DNA of 64,000 nucleotides from an uncultured Planctomycetia bacterium (lineage in GTDB: Bacteria; Omnitrophota; Gorgyraeia; CAYVEO01): assembly GCA_964449965.1 (NCBI GenBank), contig CAYVEO010000003.1:1052-65051 (forward strand), in the 5' to 3' direction. Shown here one piece after another: positions 47,620-57,066 of this stretch. Under the pieces are notes generated by a model that was not told the origin of the DNA, did not search any database, and was given only the letters and a program-made list of their open reading frames with translations. The translations under genes were made by a program, and so were the position numbers. Within the stretch, counting starts at the first letter, position 1. Every line of letters starts with the position of its first letter.

Positions 47620-48834
47620 TTACATATTTACAATATCTGACATCTTGAATATTGGCATAAACATGGCGATTACAATAGAGCCTATAACGATGCCGAGAAA
47701 AGCGATAATCAAAGGCTCTATCATAGAAGTAAGTCCTGCTACGGCACTATCCACCTGTTCATCATAGAAATCTGATATCTTTTCCAGCATCTTTTCCAGT
47801 TCCCCTGTCTGCTCACCTACGGATATCATCCTCACCACCATCGGCGGGAATACGCCGCTTTTGGCAAGCGGGGTCGCTATATTTTCGCCTTCACGAATAC
47901 TTGCACGGACGTCAGTTACTGCATTCTCTACCACCTTATTCCCGGCAGTCTTTCCTACTATCTCTAATGCCGCCAATATGGATACGCCGCTTTTTATCAA
48001 TGTTGAAAGCGTCCTCGTAAATTTGCTAACTGCAACCTTTTTGAACAATATCCCGAAAACAGGCAGGTCAAGCATCAACTGGTCATATTTCAATCTGCCT
48101 TTCTCTGTCCTGACATATCTTGAAATAAGAAATCCCAGAACCACTGCCACACCCAATAATAGCAGGAAGTAACTTCTCAATGCATCGCTTATTGTAATAA
48201 GGACAAGCGTAGGGGCAGGCAATTTAGCTCCAAATCCTGCAAAGATTTCTTTAAAAGTGGGTATAACCTTAAGCAATAATATTAATGTAATCAGAAACGC
48301 CATACATATTACCACTGCAGGATAGACAAGGGCAGAGCTAATCTTTCGCTGGAGTGCACTTGATTTTTCTAAATAACCGGCAAGCCTGTCCATGATATCA
48401 TCCAGCATACCGCTGGATTCACCTGCCTTGACCATATTTATAAACAACTGTGAAAAGACCTTTGGGTGCCGGCCAATAGCCTCTGAAAGCGTACTCCCTG
48501 TCTCTACGTCATTCCTCACCCTGGATACAATATTTCTGAACTCCTTATGCTCTATCTGTTCACTTAATATGTCTAACCCCTGCACCAGAGGTATCCCTGC
48601 GTCTATCATCGTGGCAAGCTGCCTGGCAAATACAACCAGGTCATCTACCTTTATTTTCTTCTTAACGGCAAATGAAATACCCTTCTTTTTTTTCTCTACA
48701 CTCTCTTCAATTGAGATAATGGTGAGTCCTTTTTTACGAATCGCATCTACCACGAAAGCCTGCCCCTGGGCCTCTAAAGTAGCCTGGACAGTCTTTCCGG
48801 TTATGTCCTTTGCCTTATATGTATATACTGGCAT
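47620..48834 (-). CDS. pilC: Type IV pilus platform protein PilC (GspF family).
   Basis: Two T2SSF repeats ('GSTLSEAIGRHPKVFSQLFINMVKAGESSG' and 'GENIATPLAKSGVFPPMVVRMISVGEQTGELE'). Confidence 0.85.
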   Translation of the reverse strand: MPVYTYKAKDITGKTVQATLEAQGQAFVVDAIRKKGLTIISIEESVEKKKKGISFAVKKKIKVDDLVVFARQLATMIDAGIPLVQGLDILSEQIEHKEFRNIVSRVRNDVETGSTLSEAIGRHPKVFSQLFINMVKAGESSGMLDDIMDRLAGYLEKSSALQRKISSALVYPAVVICMAFLITLILLLKVIPTFKEIFAGFGAKLPAPTLVLITISDALRSYFLLLLGVAVVLGFLISRYVRTEKGRLKYDQLMLDLPVFGILFKKVAVSKFTRTLSTLIKSGVSILAALEIVGKTAGNKVVENAVTDVRASIREGENIATPLAKSGVFPPMVVRMISVGEQTGELEKMLEKISDFYDEQVDSAVAGLTSMIEPLIIAFLGIVIGSIVIAMFMPIFKMSDIVNM

Positions 48835-48840
48835 ATTCTG

Positions 48841-50544
48841 TTACTCCTCTGAGGTTATGCGCAATATCTCTTCCAGCGTGGTAAGCCCGGAGACAAATTT
48901 CTCTACCGCATCATCACGCAGCGTCTTCATACCATGCTGGACAGCATAGGTTTTGAGTTCATGGCTTGAAGAACGATTTATAATCATGTCCCTTATGGCA
49001 TCATCCGGGACAAAAATCTCCGAGGCCCCCATACGTCCATAGTAACCTGTGAGCCTGCATTGAGGACATCCCCTGCCATGATAGAACGCTCTATTCTTTC
49101 CGTCTCCTATTCCTAATTCCTTCAATTCTGATTCAGGAATATCAGCAGGTTCTTTGCAATTCGGGCAAATCTTCCTGCACAGCCTCTGTGCCGCAACCAT
49201 TATTACCGAGGATGCGATAAGGAATGGTTCTATACCCATATCTACCAGCCTGGTCACTGCCCCGGGGGCATCATTGGTATGCAGCGTACTGAATACCAAC
49301 TGTCCAGTCAGAGACGCCTTGATGGCAATATCAGCCGTTTCAAAATCCCTTATCTCCCCAACTAAGATTATATCAGGACTCTGCCTTAAGATAGACCTTA
49401 AACCATTTGCAAACGTGAGTCCTATCTCCTGCTGGACCTGCACCTGGGTAATACCCTCTACCAGATATTCCACCGGGTCCTCAACCGTCATTATATTTCT
49501 GTCCTGTGTATTTAATTGATTAATTATAGAATAGAGTGTGGTGGACTTGCCGCTGCCGGTGGGACCTGTTATGAGTATCATACCATACGGTTTTGCTATA
49601 GCCTCTTTAAATAGTTTAAGTGAATTTGGAGAGAACCCAAGCCTATCAAGCCCTATGGACAAACTTGACTTATCAAGCGCCCTTAAGACCACCTTGCCGC
49701 CATGCGTTATGGGAAGAACCGAGACCCTGAAATCCACCTCCCTCTCTTCTAATTTTACCTTAAACCTGCCGTCCTGCGGCAGGCGTGCCTCAGTAATGTC
49801 CATACCAGACATAATTTTTAGCCTCGCCAGGATTGCGTTCTGGTGAGTCTTTGGCAATACAAATGCCTCCTGCAATGCACCGTCAACCCTGTAACGTATC
49901 CTGAGTTTATTTTCATACGGCTCAATATGTATATCGCTTGCCCTTCTTTTCAGTGACTCTGATAATAATAAGTCAACCATCTTTATTATCGGAGCCTTCT
50001 GGCTTTCTTTCTCAACCTCTCCTACTTCAAACCTCTCCTCCTCAACAGTGCTTACCACATATTCTTCATTAGACTCTTTTAAAATGGTTTCAAGAGTTCC
50101 TGCCTCAGAGACAAAACATTTATCTATGGCTTTAAGTATCTCTTTGTCAGTGCTTATTACGGGTTTTATCTCGTAATTTGTCAAAAGCCTGATATCGTCT
50201 ATCGCTAATATGTTAAGCGGGTCGGCTGTTGCAACCGTAATAATATTACCTAATCTGGAAATCGGAATGAGCCGGTAATGCCTTGCCATGCGTTCAGGCA
50301 CAATCCTTGCAACATTCTGGTCTATCTTATACCTTGAAAGGTTGATAATGGGTATATCAGTCTCCTGGCTCAACAATGCCATAAGGTCATTTTCAGTAAT
50401 AGAACCCTGCTCTATGAGGAGCCTGCTCAAATTCCCCCCGCCCCTTTTCTTCTGCTCTTCAATGGCTTTATCTAATTGTTCCTTCGTAACCAGATTGCTC
50501 TCTATCAATAGTTCATTAAGTTTTTCCTTGATAGACTTTACCAT
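48841..50544 (-). CDS. pilB: Type IV pilus assembly ATPase PilB (GspE family).
   Basis: T2SSE_N domain, Walker A 'GPTGSGKSTTL', Asp/His boxes and tetracysteine 'CPNCK...CPQC'. Confidence 0.9.
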   Translation of the reverse strand: MVKSIKEKLNELLIESNLVTKEQLDKAIEEQKKRGGGNLSRLLIEQGSITENDLMALLSQETDIPIINLSRYKIDQNVARIVPERMARHYRLIPISRLGNIITVATADPLNILAIDDIRLLTNYEIKPVISTDKEILKAIDKCFVSEAGTLETILKESNEEYVVSTVEEERFEVGEVEKESQKAPIIKMVDLLLSESLKRRASDIHIEPYENKLRIRYRVDGALQEAFVLPKTHQNAILARLKIMSGMDITEARLPQDGRFKVKLEEREVDFRVSVLPITHGGKVVLRALDKSSLSIGLDRLGFSPNSLKLFKEAIAKPYGMILITGPTGSGKSTTLYSIINQLNTQDRNIMTVEDPVEYLVEGITQVQVQQEIGLTFANGLRSILRQSPDIILVGEIRDFETADIAIKASLTGQLVFSTLHTNDAPGAVTRLVDMGIEPFLIASSVIMVAAQRLCRKICPNCKEPADIPESELKELGIGDGKNRAFYHGRGCPQCRLTGYYGRMGASEIFVPDDAIRDMIINRSSSHELKTYAVQHGMKTLRDDAVEKFVSGLTTLEEILRITSEE

Positions 50545-51162
50545 TTATTCACCATATACCATGTTTCCGCCAAGATGGCCAAGGGTTATCCCGATTGGCA
50601 CGAGCAGAAGGACGCCAAGGATATAAATCCATCTGTAAAGGTGAGGATCTATTACTACACCGGGATTGAGGGTCCGCCAGATTAGACAACTAATGCCAAT
50701 CACGAGGAACGCTATAGAAAGACATATCTTGGAACGAATGATGAAGTATCTGCGTTTACTGAAGCGTCTAAACCAGTCATAGAGCCCTGAACCAAGCCCG
50801 AGAAATGAGGTCCCTACACCGCCTATGAGAGAATAATATGCACCCTGCTCAAATAATGGATTGCCTGTTAAAAGATAGATGAATATCAACAGAATAGAGG
50901 CAGGGACAAGGCTTAAAGGAAAACTGGCTGATACAGGATGAAGCCGCATCCTTAATTGATGACGATACGTCTCCATATCCACGACCACAGTAAAGATAAA
51001 CCCTGCCGATTCCACAACCTGCAAAACTGCCCCGCAGACAGGGCATACGACGAACCCGCCTTTTTCTATATCTGCCTGGGTCATCTTGAAATGGCACACC
51101 GGGCAGACAAATATTCTGCCATACAACCGCTTTCTAATATTATCAATGATTCTCTTTATCAT
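50545..51162 (-). CDS. Zinc-ribbon + DUF2231-like polytopic membrane protein.
   Basis: 'CPVCHF...CPVCGA', then '[12 protein letters not shown]' and four TM helices. Paralogous to 52416-52940. Confidence 0.45.
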   Translation of the reverse strand: MIKRIIDNIRKRLYGRIFVCPVCHFKMTQADIEKGGFVVCPVCGAVLQVVESAGFIFTVVVDMETYRHQLRMRLHPVSASFPLSLVPASILLIFIYLLTGNPLFEQGAYYSLIGGVGTSFLGLGSGLYDWFRRFSKRRYFIIRSKICLSIAFLVIGISCLIWRTLNPGVVIDPHLYRWIYILGVLLLVPIGITLGHLGGNMVYGE

Positions 51163-52304
51163 CTTCCTCTCAATAACTCCGCAGTAATAATCGTCCTCTG
51201 TATCTGGCTTGTCCCTTCGTATATCTGATAAATCTTCGCATCACGCATCAATTTTTCCACAGGATATTCCTGTGAATAACCATACCCGCCAAAACACTGG
51301 ACTGCATCCGTAGTAACGCGCATAACCATATCTGCTGCAAATGCCTTGGCAAACGCCGCCTGCTTTGTATTCTTTATCCCATGGTCAATAAGCCATGCGG
51401 CATGCCATACAAGAAACCGCGCAGCGTCTATGTCCATTGCCATATCTGCTATCTTAAAACTTATACCCTCGTATGAAAGTATACTCCTGCCAAAAGCCTT
51501 CCTCTTTCTGGAATAATTTAAGGCGTGTTCCATTGCAGTGCGCGCCAGCCCTACCGCAGCAGCCGAGACCATTGGCCTGGTATGGTCAAAGGCAGCCATT
51601 GCAATTCTGAATCCCTCGCCTTCCTTTCCCAAAAGGTTCTCTTTTGCCACCTGGACATCCTCAAACGTAACACGCACGGTATTGGATGCATGCTGACCCA
51701 TATTCTGTTCCTTTGGTCCTCTCACAATCCCAGGCGTATCTGCCGGGACTATAAATCCACTCAGTGACTGATACCCTTTACCAGGGTCTGTATTCGCTAA
51801 TACAAAATACCAACTGGCGACCCCGCCATCAGTAATCCACCACTTGGTCCCGTTCAAGACGTAGTCATCCCCTGTCTTTTTTGCCGAGGTCTGTATCCTC
51901 GCCACGTCTGAACCTGCCTCAGGCTCTGTTACGGCATAGGCAGCGAATCCAAAATTTTTACATAAGGTAGTGAGGAACCTCTTCTTCTGGTCATCATTGC
52001 CAGCCACTATAATAGGTGCCTCTGCCAGGCTGTTTGCCTCCATGGCTGTGCCTATGCCGGTACAACCCGCACCAATCTCCTCGGCAACTATGCATCCCTC
52101 CAGAACTCCAAGACCCAATCCGCCGTATTCCTTTGGGACATGGGTGTTCATCAACCCGAGTTCCCATGCCTTGCGGCATATATCCCTCGGAAACTCACCA
52201 GTCTTATCATGATAGGCAGCCTTTGGGGCAATTTCATTTTTTGCAAATTCACGTGCCTTTTCCTGAAGTTTAAGCTGTTCCGGACTCAGACTAAAATCAA
52301 TCAT
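51159..52304 (-). CDS. Acyl-CoA dehydrogenase (short/medium-chain type).
   Basis: ACAD N-terminal, middle and C-terminal domains; '[13 protein letters not shown]' near the C-terminus. Confidence 0.85.
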   Translation of the reverse strand: MIDFSLSPEQLKLQEKAREFAKNEIAPKAAYHDKTGEFPRDICRKAWELGLMNTHVPKEYGGLGLGVLEGCIVAEEIGAGCTGIGTAMEANSLAEAPIIVAGNDDQKKRFLTTLCKNFGFAAYAVTEPEAGSDVARIQTSAKKTGDDYVLNGTKWWITDGGVASWYFVLANTDPGKGYQSLSGFIVPADTPGIVRGPKEQNMGQHASNTVRVTFEDVQVAKENLLGKEGEGFRIAMAAFDHTRPMVSAAAVGLARTAMEHALNYSRKRKAFGRSILSYEGISFKIADMAMDIDAARFLVWHAAWLIDHGIKNTKQAAFAKAFAADMVMRVTTDAVQCFGGYGYSQEYPVEKLMRDAKIYQIYEGTSQIQRTIITAELLRGR

Positions 52305-52318
52305 TAAAGACCTCCTGT

Positions 52319-52419
52319 TGTAACGGAAGGCTTTAGCCTTCCATATCTGGAGACTTGTAAGGGAAGCCTTTAGGCTTCCATTGGAGACCTAAAGGTCTCC
52401 GCTACTATGTCTCCGTTAC
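52319..52419. other. Structured region made of three tandem perfect 7-bp/4-nt-loop hairpins of different sequence, bracketed by a short outer complement.
   Basis: 'ggaaggcTTTAgccttcc' (52325-42), 'ggaagccTTTAggcttcc' (52362-79) and 'ggagaccTAAAggtctcc' (52383-52400). 'gtaac' (52320-24) pairs with 'gttac' (52415-19). Confidence 0.5.
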
Positions 52420-52940
52420 ATATCTAATGTATTCTCTTCTGCACCCTCTTCTTCCTTTGGTTGATAAAGAATAGGCTTGCCATACGATGCCCTCCCGCCG
52501 AATTTACCGTAACTCAGGAGCAATCCATAATAGACCAATAGAATTGTCAAGACTGGCAGGATAATGATAGTTATTAATATATAGAGAGATTCTCCTCTTT
52601 TGTACCAACTCAATGAACATAAACTGAAACGTGCCGTTAGAGTCTCTACCCATATAAGGCCGCGCCACAAGACACATAAGCCCCCAAATATTAATAGAAG
52701 GACAGAAAGGCTCGTCTTTCTGACAAATATAGGTGCCCAGTGAGTCCAATGTTTCAGTCTATCATATAATCCGCTTATAAAACCAATGAGCGTCCCGATG
52801 AATGCTATTAAAAGAAGAAAAAATGAGGTAATTTCAAATGAGGCATTACCTGTAATTAGATACAGGATAAGAAAGATTGCTGCAGCAGGAAATAACCCGG
52901 CCGGAAGATGAACAGATATGGCATGGACATGTAACTTCAC
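52416..52940 (-). CDS. DUF2231-like polytopic membrane protein.
   Basis: 'HAISVHLPAGLFPAA', four TM helices and an acidic C-terminal tail. Confidence 0.45.
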   Translation of the reverse strand: MKLHVHAISVHLPAGLFPAAAIFLILYLITGNASFEITSFFLLLIAFIGTLIGFISGLYDRLKHWTHWAPIFVRKTSLSVLLLIFGGLCVLWRGLIWVETLTARFSLCSLSWYKRGESLYILITIIILPVLTILLVYYGLLLSYGKFGGRASYGKPILYQPKEEEGAEENTLDM

Positions 52941-53024
52941 GTAACCAATTATATCACAAATTCTTATAAGTGCAAGGAATTTTTTCTGTGCTTACCCGTA
53001 ACATCCTTTCTCTGATTCCGCTTT

Positions 53025-53273
53025 TCATGACGCCCATTTCATCTGCAGTTTCCGATGATGCATGGCACAATCACGCAAGTAGAGATTGATCAGATTTTGA
53101 TAGGGTAATCCCGACTCAGTAGATAGTGCCTTGAAATATGTAACCGTGTCCTTATCAAGTCGGATCGTAATGGGTTGTCTCAAGTATTTGATATAAGGGT
53201 TCTTTTGACCCTTCATCCGTGCAAAGTCATAGTGCTTTCTCATAGCCTCATCTCCAATAATTGTTTTGTTCAT
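53025..53273 (-). CDS. brnA: BrnA-type antitoxin (CopG/RHH-like).
   Basis: 'HYDFARMKGQKNPY...ITIRLDKDTVTYFK'. Overlaps brnT by 26 bp. Confidence 0.7.
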   Translation of the reverse strand: MNKTIIGDEAMRKHYDFARMKGQKNPYIKYLRQPITIRLDKDTVTYFKALSTESGLPYQNLINLYLRDCAMHHRKLQMKWAS

Positions 53274-53529
53274 CTTTGTCTGCTTTTCTGGCCGATATTA
53301 TCCGGATAATGGCTTCCCGCTTGCGATAAGAATGACATACAACAATTACCCTCAGCTTGTAGCTCATACCTAGCATGATGAAGCGATCCTCATCGGTGGA
53401 ATGATCTGGATCAAAGTATTGATTAGCGTTTTCATCAAAGAATACAGTTTGTGCTTCTTCAAAAGAGATGCCGTGTTTTCGTATATTTTTTCGGTTCTTG
53501 TCTTCATCCCATTCAAATTGGAGACTCAA
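53248..53529 (-). CDS. brnT: BrnT-type ribonuclease toxin (DUF497). It appears to use a TTG start.
   Basis: 'FEWDEDKNRKNIRKHGISFEEAQTVFFD' signature. Confidence 0.75.
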   Translation of the reverse strand: MSLQFEWDEDKNRKNIRKHGISFEEAQTVFFDENANQYFDPDHSTDEDRFIMLGMSYKLRVIVVCHSYRKREAIIRIISARKADKDEQNNYWR

Positions 53530-53557
53530 TGTAAGTCCCTTTCATTTTACACCCACA

Positions 53558-53585
53558 GTATATACGTAATTGCCTTCCTTGTCAA
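53558..53585 (-). promoter_or_regulatory. σ70 promoter TTGACA-17-TATACT for brnTA.
   Basis: Minus strand reads 'cacTTGACAaggaaggcaattacgtaTATACTgtgggtg', ~25 nt upstream of the TTG start. Confidence 0.5.
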
Positions 53586-53669
53586 GTGAAACCTCAAATT
53601 TCAGTATATCACGAATTCACCTGCCAAAAAAGCGCAGATTTTTGACCGTATGGGATGAGATGTTATGTT

Positions 53670-54167
53670 TTAATCTTTATTTATTTCTTTTAATTTACCT
53701 TCTGCCCACATCCAATATGGGCCTGTATATTCAAATGCAACACTTTTACTTTCTTCAATTAATATTTGTTTTGTGGTGAGTTTACCAAAAACATCTCCAT
53801 AAATACCCTTCCATATTTTTGGTAAAGCAAAAATTTCTAATTTATGAGATCCTGTATCTATGATAATTCTTGTACTGCTGTATTTAAATATTGTAATTAT
53901 ATCTCTATCATCAATTTTAATGCCATAATTATTAATTGCAATCTGCTGACTGGGTGGAATAGCATAGATTAGAAGAATGCCTGTTTTAGGGGTCGTGGAT
54001 AAATCAAAATTGTAATTTTGTTTCCCCCCTTCTAATTTTTTCTTTTCTAACCCAGATTCAAGCGTTGCACAGCCAACAAGAAAAATTAAGGGTAATAGAA
54101 TAATTATTTTAATATTTTTAGACATAACGAGAATCTCATCTGTACGGCCTGTCCGTATCTGCCCCAC
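53670..54167 (-). CDS. Lipoprotein, function unknown. The likely start is the internal ATG near 54125.
   Basis: 'LLPLIFLVGC' lipobox. AT-rich. Confidence 0.45.
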   Translation of the reverse strand: MGQIRTGRTDEILVMSKNIKIIILLPLIFLVGCATLESGLEKKKLEGGKQNYNFDLSTTPKTGILLIYAIPPSQQIAINNYGIKIDDRDIITIFKYSSTRIIIDTGSHKLEIFALPKIWKGIYGDVFGKLTTKQILIEESKSVAFEYTGPYWMWAEGKLKEINKD

Positions 54168-54179
54168 GCAATGGCTGAG

Positions 54180-54785
54180 TTATTTTTTAATCTCACTTAC
54201 TTTTCGCACCATGTCACTGAAATCACCAAAAGCATCCTTGGTCTTTTCGTGCTTGATCAGGAAGATTTGTAACTCTTTCGGTTTTCCTGTGAGCAAGAGA
54301 CCATCGTCTATTTTCTCGTGCTGAATAGCATCAGGATGATCTTGCAGGAATTTCTTGATCCAATCATAGTTGAGCATCGCCATCCGCAGAGTCGGTTCGA
54401 TTTGTTCAATCCGTATAAATGTGTGGATTGGTAATAGGTGCCCTTTGTAGAAATCATTCTCTTTTAGATCAGGGTTCTCCGGAAAGAGGTCAAGAAACAG
54501 GCGTCCTTCTACTTTCACCAGGTGGACTACGAACTTCCCCTCTTTCCCATCGGCATCTATATAAAGAAGGCGGTATTCTTTCTCATTGCTCTTCGTGAAA
54601 ATCCATCTTTCCTCAAAGTTTTTTTCTGACCACTCGCCCACAATGGCGGGATCAAAAACCAAGTCCTCGTCTGTGTAAAGCGGATGGAGAGAAGGAACGC
54701 ACCCTACAAGAGCAACCAGAACTACAACGCCAACTAACCAAAAGCACTTGTTCACTATCTTGCTCCTCGTTTCAATACCCAACAT
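54180..54785 (-). CDS. Lipoprotein, function unknown.
   Basis: 'VVLVALVGC' lipobox. Confidence 0.45.
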   Translation of the reverse strand: MLGIETRSKIVNKCFWLVGVVVLVALVGCVPSLHPLYTDEDLVFDPAIVGEWSEKNFEERWIFTKSNEKEYRLLYIDADGKEGKFVVHLVKVEGRLFLDLFPENPDLKENDFYKGHLLPIHTFIRIEQIEPTLRMAMLNYDWIKKFLQDHPDAIQHEKIDDGLLLTGKPKELQIFLIKHEKTKDAFGDFSDMVRKVSEIKK

Positions 54786-54850
54786 TGCGGTTAAGAGGCT
54801 GGCAAAGGAGCGTAGCGGATTTGCCAGTCCTTCTTGAACCGATTGGGCAC

Positions 54851-56314
54851 TTATTTTGCTAATCTTTTAATGTTCATTCGGTATGGCGCTAATACGGTTT
54901 CTCTTTCGTCTTCTAGGTTCAAAAAATTTATTTTAAGGCGGTATCTTGGTGTAATTAACGCCTTAGAGAGTTCTTCTTTCAATTCATCCTTTTTTGTTTT
55001 TCTTAGGAAGTCATCTTTTTCTGGATCAAAATACTCATTTCCTGAGTCATCATAAAGAACATTGTCTCCCTCGAAGAAGACACCGTCTATTGCTTTATTG
55101 TCTTTTTCAAATTCGATACAAGACACATCAATACTAATGCCTCTGGCAGATGAAGGGATATAAAAGAGGTTTTTAAAATACGGTTTAAGAGCTTGCTGAA
55201 TGAATTTAAATGACTCTTTGAATTGATCGGATTCTTCAATTTGAAAAACATTGTCAATCATGTCTGCTTTTGTTCGTGTCCTAAAACTTCCTGTTGAGTC
55301 AAAATAAACCTCAAACAATAATCCATTAAGCAAATGAAAACTTATACTTTCGTTTGTTTTGCTGAGATTGCCTTGCAAATTATCCAAATACAACACTGCC
55401 TTTTGAGCAGAGCCACATGCTGCTTGATATATGTTTCTTCCCAAAACAAATATTTCATCTTTAGTTAATTGTTCTAGATTGCTTTGATTAATCTTGGAGA
55501 TTGATGGATTCTGTACGTACCAATTATAGCTCTTGAGTCCATCAATTATTTCACGTGCAATATCAGATGAGCGTGGCTTAAAGCCGGAATCTGCTAATGC
55601 AGTTTCACTGTATTCTGGCAACAATTCTTCGGTGACAAAAGAATAGTTGAAATAAAAATCACCCATAAGAGAAGTGTGCTCCCATGATATTTGGTGACCG
55701 CGAGTAGATGAGCTTAAGGTATTTCTTACCCTCTTAAACAAGTCTTCAATAGTAATGTCTGGCGTGGACACATGCTTGAGGAACGCATCTGTGTAAGCTC
55801 CGTTTTGGCCATCACCATCGTATGCAACTTGACCTGGGGATGTAGCGTATCCGATTATCATTCCTTTTGGGGCATATACTGGTGCTAGTCCTCTTGAATC
55901 TGCTCCACGCCATCTGCGCTCGTATGGGTTATTTCGGCACGCATCTAACATAATAATATTCGTCTTATTTGTGCCTCTTTCCATAATTTCTATCACTTTA
56001 TCCAAAGGTAGCGAAGAATACTTGGCGTCAATTTCTTTATCGAAATTAGTATCTATAGCGGTTAGGTAATTTTTTCCCTCTATCTGCATCCCATGACCTG
56101 CAAAAAAGAAAAGAGCAACTTCACTATCATTAAGATGTGAAGAAAACTCATTTAGCCCTTCTTCCATTCTCTTATTTGTCGCATCTGTTTGTTTAAATGT
56201 CTTAAAGCCAAGTTTGACCAATCTTTCTTGGACAGCATTAGCATCATTCACGGGATTCTTTAGGGGTGAGCCCGGGTAAGTAGAGTTACCAATTATTAGG
56301 ACGATTTTATTCAT
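54851..56314 (-). CDS. Caspase-like (peptidase C14) protein with a ~250-aa C-terminal region of unknown function.
   Basis: Catalytic dyad contexts 'VALFFFAGHGMQ' (His) and 'NIIMLDACRNNP' (Cys). No signal peptide. The C-terminal half has no recognisable motif. Confidence 0.65.
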   Translation of the reverse strand: MNKIVLIIGNSTYPGSPLKNPVNDANAVQERLVKLGFKTFKQTDATNKRMEEGLNEFSSHLNDSEVALFFFAGHGMQIEGKNYLTAIDTNFDKEIDAKYSSLPLDKVIEIMERGTNKTNIIMLDACRNNPYERRWRGADSRGLAPVYAPKGMIIGYATSPGQVAYDGDGQNGAYTDAFLKHVSTPDITIEDLFKRVRNTLSSSTRGHQISWEHTSLMGDFYFNYSFVTEELLPEYSETALADSGFKPRSSDIAREIIDGLKSYNWYVQNPSISKINQSNLEQLTKDEIFVLGRNIYQAACGSAQKAVLYLDNLQGNLSKTNESISFHLLNGLLFEVYFDSTGSFRTRTKADMIDNVFQIEESDQFKESFKFIQQALKPYFKNLFYIPSSARGISIDVSCIEFEKDNKAIDGVFFEGDNVLYDDSGNEYFDPEKDDFLRKTKKDELKEELSKALITPRYRLKINFLNLEDERETVLAPYRMNIKRLAK

Positions 56315-56386
56315 AATATTTATCCACCCAACTGAAATCAGCGGCTCACCGTAGGCGAGTCCACTGGAGTGAGTGGTTAGACATAT

Positions 56387-56983
56387 TTATTTCCTTCTAA
56401 AAAGATACTTAAATTTTTTTATTAAATAATTGAAATTTAAGCCTATGCCGAAAAGATTTGGCTTCAACTCAAGAGCATCAATATTGTTATTTGAAAGACC
56501 TACTAAAGCTTTGATACGAACAACAACATTAGAGATAGCCCTGTAATCTATGATTACGCTTTTCGTTTCTTCGTATATCGGATCTATTAAACAATGCCTC
56601 AAAGATTCATCCTTTAATTCGACTTGTATGAAATCTGTCTTAAAAACAGTGCATTTTCTTTCTTCATTTTGACTACTATCGAATAGTTGGCCCAGCGCTT
56701 CCACATGTCGTTGTTCAATGGATAGCGGTAATTCCTTAATTAGTCTATTGAGTTCATCCGAATAACGTTTAAACAAATCAACAAAATAAATAATATACCC
56801 TTCAATTTGATCTGGATGATATAATTTATCTCGATGACCCTTTACTTGAGAAAGCAAAGATTCTAATTTTGATATGGCATGGTTGGTATTTTCCCGCCAT
56901 TCACTTAAATGTTTAATAATATCTTCTATACCTACGCCAGTGTAGTCTGTCATACCAGAAATTATTGATCTTTTTCTACCCAT
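56387..56983 (-). CDS. Hypothetical 198-aa protein co-oriented with and 72 bp upstream of the caspase-like gene.
   Basis: Strongly AT-rich codon usage. No recognisable motif. Confidence 0.4.
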   Translation of the reverse strand: MGRKRSIISGMTDYTGVGIEDIIKHLSEWRENTNHAISKLESLLSQVKGHRDKLYHPDQIEGYIIYFVDLFKRYSDELNRLIKELPLSIEQRHVEALGQLFDSSQNEERKCTVFKTDFIQVELKDESLRHCLIDPIYEETKSVIIDYRAISNVVVRIKALVGLSNNNIDALELKPNLFGIGLNFNYLIKKFKYLFRRK

Positions 56984-57066
56984 TTTTATAATTTATTTCT
57001 GCCTAACGGTATGCAGTTCAGCCGCACGATTTAACATGTCGGCTGCAACCGTTGGTTAGGCGAAGT

